A stretch of 64,000 bases of DNA from Octopus sinensis (taxonomy: Eukaryota). A program made the position numbers and the translations under genes. Shown here one piece after another: positions 52,001-62,732 of the stretch (positions are counted from its first letter, which is position 1; each line of letters starts with the position of its first letter). The notes below the pieces were generated by a model. The model saw nothing but the letters and a program-made list of their open reading frames with translations. It ran no database searches and had not been told where the DNA came from. The stretch lies in contig NC_043020.1 of NCBI RefSeq assembly GCF_006345805.1, positions 27,156,001 through 27,220,000 on the forward strand. Direction: 5' to 3'.

Positions 52001-55000
52001 TTCATTCTTCGTCTTCTTCTTCTTCTTCTTCTTCAAAAGACATCTTTCTTTTACAGATTTCGTTTTTAACTCATGTTTATCTAACTGGGAAGTCTGGGCA
52101 TTAGTTATGAGTTCACTTCTGTCTGTTTGCTACTCTTGTTGTTGTTGTTTATGTGCTGGTCAGCCGCTTCAGTCAGCAGAACCCATGGTAAAAGATTTAT
52201 ATCTCAGCTGGGACCATCAAGTCAGAGACAGAATACAATGAGAAGAAAGTTTACTCATCATCATCATCGTCATCGTCACTTTAAACGTCAACTTTTCCAT
52301 GCTTGCATGGGTCATGTGGAGTTTTATTGAGGTAAACCTTTCTATGGCCAGTGGACTCGCGGTCGAGGGATCGTGGGTTCGAATCTCAGACCGGGCAATG
52401 TTTGTGTTTATGAGTGAAACACCTAAGCTCCATGTGGCTCCGGCAGAAGGTAATGGCGAACTTCTGCTGACTCTTTCGCCACAGCTTTCTCTCATTCTTT
52501 CCTCCTGCATCTTGCAGCTCACCTGCGATGGACCGGCGTCCCGTCCAGGTGGGGAACCTATACGCCAAGGAAACTGGGAAACTGGCCCTTATGAGCCACG
52601 CATGGCTCGAGAAGGAACAAACAATATATATATATATATATATATAAGTAAAATAGGGGTTATGAAAGTAACCCACTATGGGATATCAGTTATCCAATAT
52701 TACAGTGACATCTACAGGCAATTTAAGTTGAATTGACTCTTGACCATAGGCTGAAACAGCTGTAAGGAGCAGTTTATTTGTTTTATTTTTATTATTATTT
52801 TGCATATTGATGTATATTGTTTTGTTCGATTTTCATGTTCCCATTTGTATAATTAATAAATAATGTGAAATTGTAATATCCGTAAGTTGATAATCGAAAT
52901 GAATTTGTTTCTCCATTTTCTTATTTGTATTACATATATATATATATTTGTTTTTTTAATATTTTTCAGGAGTTGATACCCCTACCCTGTCCTTCTAAGT
53001 ATCAGAACTCTTTCAACAATATTCTCCAGAAATGGCAGCAAGAGAATCTCAAAAGAGATTTGGTGAAACAGGAACTCGATTCCAGAAAAGGTGAGTCTTG
53101 TGTTTTTCTGTCAGAGTTCATTTTATGAAGGAATAGTAACTATTAGCTTGAGTATTAGTATCCAAACCAAGGTTCCCTGAATTTAGATTTTCCTTTAAGA
53201 GTTTGAACACTGTGCGCCATAGACCTTATAATTTGCCGGGTCTGAACCCTATCTCCTGGTCCCCTCTCATCCAGTTTTGAGATTATCACTTAGCCCTTTG
53301 CTTTAAATTTAAGACTATCACCTAGCCCTTCCATAGTCACTTTTAAGAATGTTACTTAGTCCTTTATCATAATTTTAAGATTGTCCCCTGGACCTTTATC
53401 ATTATTTTAAGACCATTACCAAACTCTTTGTCATATTTTTGAGACTATTACCTAACTCTGTCATAGTTTTAACACTGTCCTCTGGTCCAGGGATTCTGAA
53501 ACATTTTTTACCCATGGAACCCCTTTCATTACTATTTTATTCTGGTGGACCCTGCCATAGCCATTCAATGTTTAAAAACTATTTTATAGAACCTTCTTTC
53601 AAAATTTCTATTTTGTTTTTTCCAGAAAGAAACCCAGCTGTTTCTTGTTCAATATATACATCTAAAACAAAATTTTTTCAGGGGCCCTTAAAATACAATT
53701 CTGGATCCCCAATTTACTATTTTGTTGTGTGGACCCCCAAAAATCTTATCTGGACCCTTAGAAGCCATATGTACCCTGATTGAGAACCATTGCCCTAGCC
53801 CTTTGTTATAGATTTAAGACTATCACCTGACCCTTTGTCACCCAGTATTATTACTTTCACCTTACACATCATAGTTTTAAGACTATCACTTGGCTCTTTC
53901 TCATTCACCTAACCTTTTGTCATAGTTTTAAGATCATCATCTGACCGTTTGTCTTAATTTTAAGACTGTTGTCTAGCCTTTGTCCCCTAGTCTTAAGACT
54001 CACCTATCATTCATTGTTACCCTGTTGGTTGTAGGTGATATCTTTGTACCTCGGCCCCCGTTGTTGCGGAAGTTCTCCCCAAACGTCACAAAAGTATGGG
54101 ATACGAGGAACAAACTGCGCCAAAGAATTGAAGAATTCGTTCAAAGCCAACTTGTGGAATCTGGAGAGATAAAATCCAAAGAAAAGACAGACAAAGCTGT
54201 AAGTTATTTTTTTTTTATTCTTTCTTTATTTTATCTAGTTTCAGCTCACGAGCTGTGGCCATGCTGGGGCGCCACCATTTTATATATTTTATTTATTTTT
54301 GTATTGTCACCATCGTCATCATAATTATTGCCATTATTGTCATCATTATATGTCATCATCAAAGCAGCGAGCTGGCAGAATCATTAGCACGCCAGGCGAA
54401 ATGCTCAGCAGTATTTCGGCTGTCTTTAAGTTCTGAGTTCAAATTCCGCTGAGGTCAACTTTGCCTTTCATCCTTTTGGGGGCCAATTAAATAATTACCA
54501 GTTACATACTGGGGTTGGTCTAATTGACTGGCTCCCTGCCCCGGAATTTCAGGCCTTGTGCTGATAGCAGAAAGGATTGTTGTCATCATCATTGTTGTCA
54601 GCATCGTCATCACGAATGACATTCATCTCCGATAACCAAGACAAAGCAACACAAACATATACACGCGCTTATACGCATAAATAAATGTATGTATATATAT
54701 ATATGTATACATAGATGCACATATGCATACATGTAGGAGTGGCTGTGTGGTAAGTAGCTTGTTTACGAACCACATGGGTTCAGTCCCACTGCGTGGCACC
54801 TTGGGCAAGTGTCTTCTACTATAGCCTCAGGTCGACCAAAGTCTTGTGAGTGGATTTGTTAGACGGAAACTGAAAGAAGCCCATCGTATATATATGTATA
54901 TATATGTGTGTGTGTGTGTATATGTTTGTGTGTCTGTGTTTGTACCCCCCACCCCCCAACATCACTTGGCAACTGATGCTGGTGTGTTTACGTCACCGTA

Positions 55001-55692
55001 ACTTAGTGGTTCGGCAAAAGAGACCGATAGAATAAGTACTAGATATACAAAGAATAAGTCCTGGGGTCGATTTGCTTGACTAAAGATATTTTTTGCAATA
55101 CATACCAATACATACATCCAAAGTAAAATTGTTTTAAGGGCTCTTAGAATACTATTGTGGATTTCCATTGACTATTTTGTTGTGTGGACCCTCAGGGGCC
55201 AGTTGAGAATCACTGCTCTGACTTTTTTTTGTTAGAAAATGCTCTTCTTAATCCTGTAACCTTTAAACTGTATGTATCCCTTCTTTTTCTTGTAGTATTC
55301 CCTTATGCGCTCTAAACTGGATCAACTGAAGCCAAGTACTCGGGTATCCGAGATCCTTAGGGTGGCCCGTGGCTTTAGTCAGAAGCCAGAGAGAAAAGGT
55401 GACAACAGGAACTCAAAGTTTGTACTTGCTGCTGTAGACCAAGAAATCAAAGACTTGTTGTATGTTCATTGGCTGAAAGAGAATTACGTAAACCGACTCC
55501 AACCGTTTGAAGGTGAGTGAGAGATTTCAGACTTTTGTTACCAAATTTCTATCAAGGTGGACTTTGCCTTTCATCCTTTTGGGGTTGATAAAATAAGTAC
55601 CAGTTATGCACTGGGGTCAATGTAATCGACTAGTCCCCTCCGCACAAACTTCAGGCCTTGTATTTTTAGTAGAAAAGATCATCATCATCACC

Positions 55693-55724
<32 letters not shown>

Positions 55725-58700
55725 TAGGTGGTGAGCTGGCACAATCATTAGCACACTGTGCTTAGTGGTATTTCGTCTGCCACTATGTTCTGAGTTCAAA
55801 TTCCGCCAAGGTTGACTTTGCCTTTCATCCTTTTGGGTTTGATAAAATAAGTACCAGTTACGCACTGGGGTCAATGCAATTAACTTAATCCCTTCCCCCA
55901 AATTTGAGGCTTGTGCCTCCAGTGAAAAGGATTATTATTATTATTATTATTATTTATTGCCTTTGCACAGCTTCTAATGCTGGAGATGTACTACGGTGCC
56001 AGCTGTTCACTACCAGTGAACTATGGTAACACCCCTTATTTTTCAAGCACCATCCGGAGTATTTGAGTGGTTCCAATCAGTGCTGTTTTCTGCAAGTGCT
56101 GATCTCCAGTAGATCTTAAAAATATTGGAGAATATTGTAGTTTGCTTGAAGCATTGTGTATTTTTTGTAAAGAATAAAAAGTTTTGAAGGATACAACAAT
56201 GCATCATCATCATCATCATCATCATTTAACGTCCGTTCTCCATGCTAGCATGGGTTGGACGGTTCAACTGGGGTCTGTGAAGCCAGAAGGCTGCACCAGG
56301 CCCAGTCTGATCTGGCAGTGTTTCTACAGCTGGATGCCCTTCCTAACGCCAACCACTCTGTGAGTCTAGTGGGTGCTTTTTACATGCCAGACGACGCTGG
56401 CAAACGGCCACGATCGGATGGTGCCTTTTAAGTGCCACCGGCACGGAGCCCAGGTGAGGCTGACAAACGGCCACAGTCGGATGGTGCTTTTTAAGTGCCA
56501 CCGGCACGGAGACCAGGCGAGGCTGGCAACTGCCACGATCGGATACAAAAAATGGTCTATATACCTGTTGTAATTTAACCATCCATAATCGGTTTTCTAA
56601 AAACTGATTATAGCAGCGACTCCCTCTAAGAATATCTGAAGAAGGAATTTTATTCCAAAATATTATCAGACTTTGGATGACTAAATTACAACATTGTCTG
56701 TAGTGCATTGTTGTACCATTCAAAACTTTTTATTCTTTAAAATTCTTCTTCTTCTTCTTGCTGTTGCTGTTGTTATTATTATTATTTTTTTTTTTCCAGA
56801 TGAGTTTGTAACACAGACTGTTGATGAAAGGGGACAGAGCAGGCTCCAGCTTCTGCACTTGTTTGTCAATGTAAGTGACCTTTATCTTTGCTTCATTTCC
56901 TTACCTTCATATTTTTCTGAACAACGGCCTCGTCAGTTACAGCTTTCTAGACGGGCCAACCGTTTGCGTTGCTGCATTTTAAGACAATGAGATTGACAAG
57001 GGACTGATTGTGTAACCTGGGCAGAGCAAATATCACAAGGAACCTGGCTTCTGGAAGCACAGATTTATTAGCATATTTTTTTGTATTTTTATCTTTTTGT
57101 TTTGATCACTGGAGCAACATGAAATGAAGTTTTTTGCTCAAGAATACAATGCATCGCCTGGTCCAGGAATTGAAACCACGATCTTACAATCATGAGTCCA
57201 ACACCCTAACCACTGAGCCATACACTTCCATACACACACACACACACACACACATACACTCGGCAAGCTAATTTTGCTTTCCATCTAGCAAATCCTCTCA
57301 CAAAACTTTGGTCGGCCCAGAGTCTTTTGTGGAGACAATTATCCAAGATGCCATGGGGTGGGATTGAACTTGTGATCATTACAGTGGGAAAGCAAACTTC
57401 TTAACCACACAGCCCCTACCACCACCACCACCATGCCAGATAAGAAATCATTATTCCTTTTTTTGCATCTGTTCCAGGCTCTTGGCCCCAGGACCAACTT
57501 ATACCAAAAAATCAAGACAAAGCGAATCACGGAACCCTTGGAAGACTCGGTGGAAGAAAGCCAGAGAGAAGATTTCCGACTCATGTTTCTCAGTTCGTTC
57601 AACACGGATCTGACTTCGGTGAACTTTTCTCATGAGCCGGACCATACAGTGAACGCGGGAGACACCGTCCCTCCAAACTTGGCCACGCTTAATGCAATGC
57701 GGATGCTGCTCCAAGAACAACCAAAACTGAAGAAAACAGCTGAGCAGTATGGTGAGTGAGGCACTAATTCTCCTCCTCCTCCACCACCTTCTCCTCCCCC
57801 TCCACCGCCTCCTCATCTTCCACCTCCTCCTCCTCCTCTGCCTCCTCCTCCACCTTCTCCTCCGCCACCTCCTCCGCCTCGTCCTCCTTCTCCTCCTCCA
57901 CTTCCTTCTCCACCTCCCCCTCACATGCTCCTTATAGTTTCTGATATGTCAAAGGTCAGGATGGTCACATTTGGAACGCCTTTGGTGACGAATGTTCTCA
58001 ATTAGGGTTCACCTAATTATTTTTATTATTATTGTTATTATTATTATTATTATTATTATTTTTTTTTTTTTTCCCATTTTTTAGATGAGGTTTTGACCAA
58101 AGATCCGGACATGGATTCTTTAAGGGAGCGAATGAACCTGGTGAAAGTAGACCCCCATTATAGTTTGCTCCAGGAAAGGTTCAACACGTTGTTCATGTGG
58201 CCAGGGCTTTTGACAACGCTGAACCCTAAGAAACAAGGAGGCCCTGCGAAGAGCACAGAGAAGAAAGAAAACCCTAGGAAAAGGCGTATAAATAAGTAAG
58301 TGAACCTTTCCATTCTTCTGCACAGAGACAAACCTGTCTCCCTCAGTATTTCCACCCCTGTCCCCCAGCTTTGGTTGCGGGGTGTCTTGTGAGTTATTTG
58401 TTGACCTCACTGGCACTGGTGCCACATACCCTGTCACCCACCCTCTCTGTTCCTCTTGCCATATTCTCTCTCTTGTATTTACCTTGTACCTATTTCTTTA
58501 CTACCCACAAGGGGCTAAACACAGAGGGGACAAACAAGGACAGACAAACGGATTAAGTCAATTACATCGACCCCAGTGCGTAAATGGTACTTAATTTATC
58601 GACCCCGATAGGATGAAAGGCAAAGTCGACCTGCGCGGAATTTGAACTCAGAACGTAAAGACAGACGAAATACCTGTTTCTTTACTACCCACAAGGGGCT

Positions 58701-60791
58701 AAACACAGAGAGGACAAACAAGGACAGACAAACGGATTAAGTCGATTACATTGACCCCAGTGCGTAAATGGTACTTAATTTATCGACCCCGATAGGATGA
58801 AAGGCAAAGTCGACCTGCGCGGAATTTGAACTCAGAATGTAAAGACAGACGAAATACTTGTTTCTTTACTACCCACAAGGGGCTAAACACAGAGGGGACA
58901 AACAAGGACAGACAAACGGATTAAGTCGATTACATCGACCCCAGTGCGTAAATGGTACTTAATTTATCGACCCCGAAAGAATGAAAGGCAAAGTCGACCT
59001 CGGTGGAATTTTACCTTCTACCTTGAGAGAATGTACACACCTTCTTTCTCTCTTTTTCTCTCTCTCTTTCTCGCACCTTCAGGGTACACACTTATCATCT
59101 CCCTCTCTCTCTCTCTCTTCCTCTTTCCCTCTCTCTCCATGCCTCTCTCCCCACTCTCTCTTTCCAGCTGGGGAAGCCAGGTATCTTCTCATTAGAAAAA
59201 CACCTGTTCTTGTCTCTCAGACTTGTGCCTCAGAGGGGAAGTTTCTAGGTGCAATCCCATGGACATCCATGACCGAAAGGGATTTTTACTCTTTATCCTA
59301 TTATCCTGATAATCTGATAATCCTCATAATCTCTACTGATTCTGCCTTTCCTCTACTTTCTGTTATTTACCATTATTTTTTTCTTTGTTTCCGCCAGGTA
59401 TCCCCTGATTACTCCTAAACGAAATGCCAAGCCTAAGAAAGTTGTTCCAAAGACGGAGGTATTGACGGATCGTGCTGATAACACCACGGGACAATTGAGC
59501 GGGAATATTGCCATGCAAAGCGGAGACAAGTCTGTGAAAACTGAAATACTAACATCGGAAACCAGTGAGACCTTGTCATCCTCAACGGCAACCGATGGCG
59601 CTCCGGGAAACGGTAAGTGAATTGTTAATGATACAAAACTTGAATAATGATACTTGAATGATATGTGTGACTCAGAGGCGTATCGTGACATATGGTGACA
59701 TATGATATGTGTGACTCAGTGGCATATGGTGGCACAAGGCGGCGAGCTGGCAGAAATGTTAGCACGCCGGGTGAAATGCTTAGCCGTATTTCGTCTGCCG
59801 TTACGTTCTGAGTTCAAATTCCGCCGAGGTAGACTATATATATATATATATATATATCATCATCATCATCATCGGAAAGCGGACGTTAAACGATGATGAT
59901 GATGATGATGATGATATATATATATATATTTACAGGTGTGTGTATGTATATATATAAGGCGGCGAGCTGGCATAGACGTTAGTGTGCCGGGCGAAATGCG
60001 TTGTAAGTTCAAATTCCGCCGAGGTCGACTTTACCTTTCATCCTTTCGGGGTCGATAAATTAAGTACCAGTTACGCACTGGGGCCGATGTAATCGACTTA
60101 ATCCGTTTGTCTGTCCTTGTTTGTCCTCTCTGTGTTTAGCCCCTTGTGGGTAGTAAAGAAATAGGCATATGGTGGCATATGACATGTGTGACTCCTTCCA
60201 ATGTTTCACCCATGCATTGTAGAGGAGGGGGTTGTAATGCTTGTCTGATTATTGCTTTGTATTTTTAAAAGCCATCCTGTGTGAATATTTATATTTCCAG
60301 TGCCACAGAAGAGGAGGGTTGGTCGTCCTGTGGGCGCGAAGTCAAAACCGAAAGAGAAAGTCCTGGAGCCAGTCAGGTCGTCTCGGCGTCAACGAGGGAA
60401 TTGTTCCAAATCTCCCGATGACAGCAAACCTTGGGAGCTGAACGAAGAGCCGACCGCTAAAAGGAAACGTCGAAGAACAACGAAAGGCGCCGCCGCCAAC
60501 CGGGACTGCACAAGCTTGTTTGCATCTCCAACGGCAGTGCCAACCCCTGGCGTGTCTCAGAATCAGTCATCAGCAGCAGCAGCAGCATCATTATTATCAT
60601 CATTATCGTCATCAGCAGCCTCATCATCATCATCATCATCATCGTCAGCAACAGCACCACCACCACCACCACCACCAACAGGCGAACAGGAATTGTTATC
60701 GAAACTATCTCCGAGTCTTGTGCAACAGGTCATCAGTCAAGAAGTCCAAGTGCAACCGATTGGCACTTACATGAATGTCACACCTCCGTAA
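24621..60791 (+). CDS. SNAPC4: snRNA-activating protein complex subunit 4 (SNAP190), 24 coding exons, ~1200 aa
   Basis: Exons: 24621-24774, 27724-27944, 28766-28993, 29789-29884, 31330-31399, 32632-32713, 34032-34136, 37233-37311, 38955-39119, 40857-40921, 42143-42225, 45857-45960, 46833-46927, 47818-47909, 49704-49822, 51301-51381, 52970-53090, 54035-54198, 55296-55512, 56800-56870, 57478-57751, 58085-58295, 59398-59612, 60301-60791. All are GT-AG and phases match; the total is 3603 nt. It encodes a half Myb repeat (LDWMKIANL...CQLMWRNWL) plus four full repeats (PWTKEE, GWTEEED, RWTQEED, PFTYEED), an upstream PYF..GM.PPPNE motif, and C-terminal TVPPNLATLNAMRMLL and ERFNTLFMWPGLLTTL blocks. 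This is the SNAP190 architecture. The start codon is the least certain part. Confidence 0.92.
25109..25518 (+). mobile_element. Non-autonomous Helitron in SNAPC4 intron 1
   Basis: 5' A|TCtctttatatatataaag.tgaagttgt, shared with the copy at 2500; 3' hairpin acccgagcaactctgggt, then CTAG|T. Confidence 0.68.
26046..26459 (-). mobile_element. GGATC-TIR MITE inserted into a family-A SINE, perfect 8-bp TSD
   Basis: GTGTTTTC occurs on both sides (26038-26045 and 26460-26467). Confidence 0.88.
26874..27258 (+). mobile_element. Family-A SINE
   Basis: Head, core and tail homology. Confidence 0.8.
31057..31251. repeat. Fold-back palindrome (~89-bp arms, 17-nt loop) in SNAPC4 intron 4
   Basis: aacataacaaggcagtcct...tatacgacacgatc / gatcgtgttgtata...aggactgccatgttatgtt. 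Confidence 0.85.
31743..32080 (+). mobile_element. Family-E tRNA-headed SINE (second copy at ~30018-30325)
   Basis: A box tggctcagtgg, B box gttcgattcc, body agcaagacactttatttcacgtt.ctcca. Confidence 0.7.
33545..33925 (+). mobile_element. Family-A SINE
   Basis: Head, core and tail homology. Confidence 0.8.
34150..36545 (+). repeat. 2.4-kb polypyrimidine tract, (CCTT)n punctuated by ttGcctAtccct
   Basis: Direct reading; fills most of SNAPC4 intron 7. Confidence 0.95.
36766..37163 (-). mobile_element. Family-A SINE, full length
   Basis: Full homology. It appears flanked by a duplicated ~35-bp segment (aaaaataatggtaaggcc.ttctgttcagtta.tgttttcat at ~36725-36765 and ~37170-37211). Confidence 0.85.
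37397..37806 (+). mobile_element. GGATC-TIR MITE
   Basis: Perfect TIRs; flanks aatatctg/aatatgtg match at 7 of 8. Confidence 0.88.
38286..38828 (+). mobile_element. Family-D tRNA-headed SINE with a tandem second body (38627-38828); another copy at 52351-52625
   Basis: A box tagcctagtggttag, B box ggttcgaatc, body ...gcga(c/t)ggaccggcgtcccgtccaggtgg..., tail gaaggaacaa. Confidence 0.75.
39867..40263 (-). mobile_element. Family-A SINE, full length
   Basis: Head, core and tail homology. Confidence 0.85.
40404..40800 (-). mobile_element. GGATC-TIR MITE
   Basis: TIRs present; flanks attattgt/attatcgt match at 7 of 8. Confidence 0.88.
41124..41352. mobile_element. Second piggyBac-like MITE family (other copies at ~599-787 and ~12393-12622, opposite orientation)
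   Basis: ttaaccc(c/t)ttagca...ctaaag(a/g)gttaa ends and a shared internal cacacctaccc.acaatgtcattctaaaa block. Confidence 0.55.
42995..43357 (+). mobile_element. Helentron/HINE-like non-autonomous element
   Basis: 5' inverted motif acctccacctt...aaggcagaggt, internal (GTTT)n, and a 3' ccttggcagaggt...gcgctctctgggtgctct end, set in ATT repeats. Confidence 0.45.
43648..45557 (-). mobile_element. R4/Dong-clade non-LTR retrotransposon, 5'-truncated, intact 567-codon RT-zinc knuckle-REL endonuclease ORF (43838-45541)
   Basis: RT motifs GIFQGDSLSPLLF, HLVYMDDLKL and YKYLG; CCHC knuckle CRVC...ETIDHVVSKC; REL motifs RHD, NRPD..D and K..KY. It has a short 3' UTR and is flanked on both sides by (TAA)n. 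It lies antisense in SNAPC4 intron 11. Confidence 0.9.
46533..46775 (+). mobile_element. hAT-like MITE remnant (related copy at 19425-19580)
   Basis: Starts cagtggtt(c/t)(c/t)caaa. The two copies share ...gaagcaaattcaaa.caact.tatttcacaaataaaa. Confidence 0.45.
48016..48262. repeat. Fold-back palindrome (121-bp arms, 5-nt loop) in SNAPC4 intron 14
   Basis: ctcaatgtgacagtcccttaaggg...ggcaatc-acccc-gattgcc...cccttaagggactgtcacattgag; about 7 mismatches. Confidence 0.9.
51414..52035 (+). repeat. (TTC)n/(GAA)n interrupted trinucleotide tract
   Basis: Starts ~33 nt after the exon-16 donor. Confidence 0.95.
54736..55083 (+). mobile_element. Family-A SINE
   Basis: Head and core homology; the 3' end is truncated. 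Confidence 0.8.
58493..59012 (-). repeat. Three tandem family-B SINE units, 184-bp period
   Basis: tttctttactaccc starts at 58493, 58677 and 58861; the units share private variants. Confidence 0.85.
59958..60165 (+). mobile_element. Family-B SINE
   Basis: Head ggcggcgagctggc through tail gtagtaaagaaatagg. Confidence 0.8.
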
Positions 60792-61189
60792 TGTTACATC
60801 TCTATCGTGTTACACCTGCATCATGTCGCACCTGTAATAATGTCGCTCTTCCTATCATGTCATGCTTCTATAAATGTAAAATTTTTACCTGACTCAGTTT
60901 CTCATCGTTATTCATTTGTTATTATCATTATCGTTGTTGTTGTTATTATTATTATTGAGTGAGAGAGCAGTGCATGCCATCAAAGAGACACCGGGGCAAA
61001 ATATTCAAAGCCCAGTATACCCATCATGACTACCCGTCTGATAAGGGTACACTAGGCACATGCATCACAACCATATGTGCGTGACATGGTGATCTCATAC
61101 CTCATATATATACATATATAATGATAGATTCTGTCATTGTGAAAGGTAAATGAGGGTTCAGGAAAATGAAGCGTTAATCATGTTCTATG

Positions 61190-61440
61190 GGCACAAATGT
61201 CTCCCTTGAGGGCTGCTGGTGCCTTGCAAACCTTTTGGTAATTGGAGCAAGTTGAGGACTCAGTTTGCTTGTGTGCTTTCGGGTCATTTACTTAATGTTT
61301 TCTTGAGTGGGCAGCAAGGCCTGCTTTGATTCGTGCCACAAAACCACAATGACAGGTAAGGGTTTCCATTTAGAGGAGCAGCAGTTTGCCAGCGTTCCTT
61401 CATGCTTACCTGAAGTAGGGCCTGAGTTGGAGTTGACTTT
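61190..61440 (-). mobile_element. Possible LINE C-terminal C2H2 zinc-finger remnant
   Basis: The minus strand reads TLTCHCGFVARIKAGLAAHSRKH*, followed by a degenerate TCSNYQKVCKAPAALKGDICAH. This resembles the C-terminal fingers of RTE-like ORF2. Confidence 0.4.
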
Positions 61441-61540
61441 GCTATATATATATATACATATATATTATATATATATATATAGATATATATATATATATAT
61501 ATATTGTCTTATATCATATTATATATAATATATAGGTGCA

Positions 61541-61938
61541 GGAGTGGCTGTGTGGTAAGTAGCTTGCTAACCAACTACATGGTTCCGGGTTCAGTCCCAC
61601 TGCGTGGCATCTTGGGCAAGTGTCTTCTGCTATAGCCCCAGGCCGACCAATGCCTTGTGAGTGGATTTGGTAGACGGAAACTGAAAGAAGCCTGTCATAT
61701 ATATGTATATATATATATGTGTGTGTGTTTGTGTGTCTGTGTTTGTCCCCCTAGCACTGCTTGACAACCGATGCTGGTGTGTTTATGTCCCCATCACTTA
61801 GCGGTTTGGCAAAAGAGACCAATTGAATAAGTACTGGTCTTACAAAGAATAAGTCCCAGGGTCGATTTGCTCGACTAAAGGCGGTGCTCCAGCATGGCTG
61901 CAGTCAAATGAGTAAAACAAGTAAAAGAGTAAAAGAGT
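61541..61938 (+). mobile_element. Family-A SINE, full length
   Basis: Head, core and tail homology. Confidence 0.85.
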
Positions 61939-62394
61939 ATATATATATATATATATATATATTGTCTTACATCATGTTACTTAGTGACTCCTCTAGTGGT
62001 GGTGCCACAAAAAGGTACCCAGTATACTTTGCAAAGTGGTTGGTGTTAGGAAGGACATTCAGCCATAAAAAACTTGGCCAAGTAGACAATGGGGACCAAT
62101 GCAACCTTCAAGCTGGTCGGATCCTGTCAAATAGAAAACCCTTCAGCCTATGCGACACAAATCATCATCATCATCATCATCAAATGTCCGTTGTCCATGC
62201 TGGCATGGGTTGGATGGTTTGACCAAGGCTGCACCAGATTCCAGTTTGATTTGGCATGGTTTCTACAGCTGGATGCCCTTCCTAATGTCAACCACTTTAC
62301 AGAGTGTAATGTGTGCCATTTGCATGACACCAATATCTGTCATAACTGTGATCTTACTTGACTTGATGGGGCACACAAACACACACATATATAT

Positions 62395-62426
<32 letters not shown>

Positions 62427-62732
62427 ATATACATATATACGACGGGCTTCTTTCAGTTTCCATCTACCAAATCCATTCACAAGGCTTTGGTCGGCCCGAG
62501 GCTATAGTAGAAGACACTTGCCCAAGATGCCACGCAGTAGAACTGAACCCGGAACCATGTGGTTGGTAAACAAGCTACTTACCACACAGCCACTCCTGCA
62601 CCTATTGGTTCATTTTTTGTTTGTGTTTTTTTTGGGTGGGAGGGTGGGGGAAAATAAAATTTTAAAAAATGACGAACCCTCACATGTTTTTGTCAGGTTT
62701 ATTTCCAAAAATGTTTGAACTTTGTTATTTGT

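Noticed and set aside
51315-52104. Poly-Ser, poly-Leu/Phe and poly-Glu ORFs
   Set aside because: (TTC)n artefacts. Only 51301-51381 is exonic.
59660-59730. Two TGACTCA (AP-1-like) motifs in SNAPC4 intron 23
   Set aside because: They belong to a short local tandem duplication next to SINE fragments; there is no independent support.
60457-60774. Poly-Gln/His and poly-Met ORFs overlapping the last SNAPC4 exon
   Set aside because: Alternative frames of the same triplet repeats. The splice phase selects the Ala/Ser/Pro frame.
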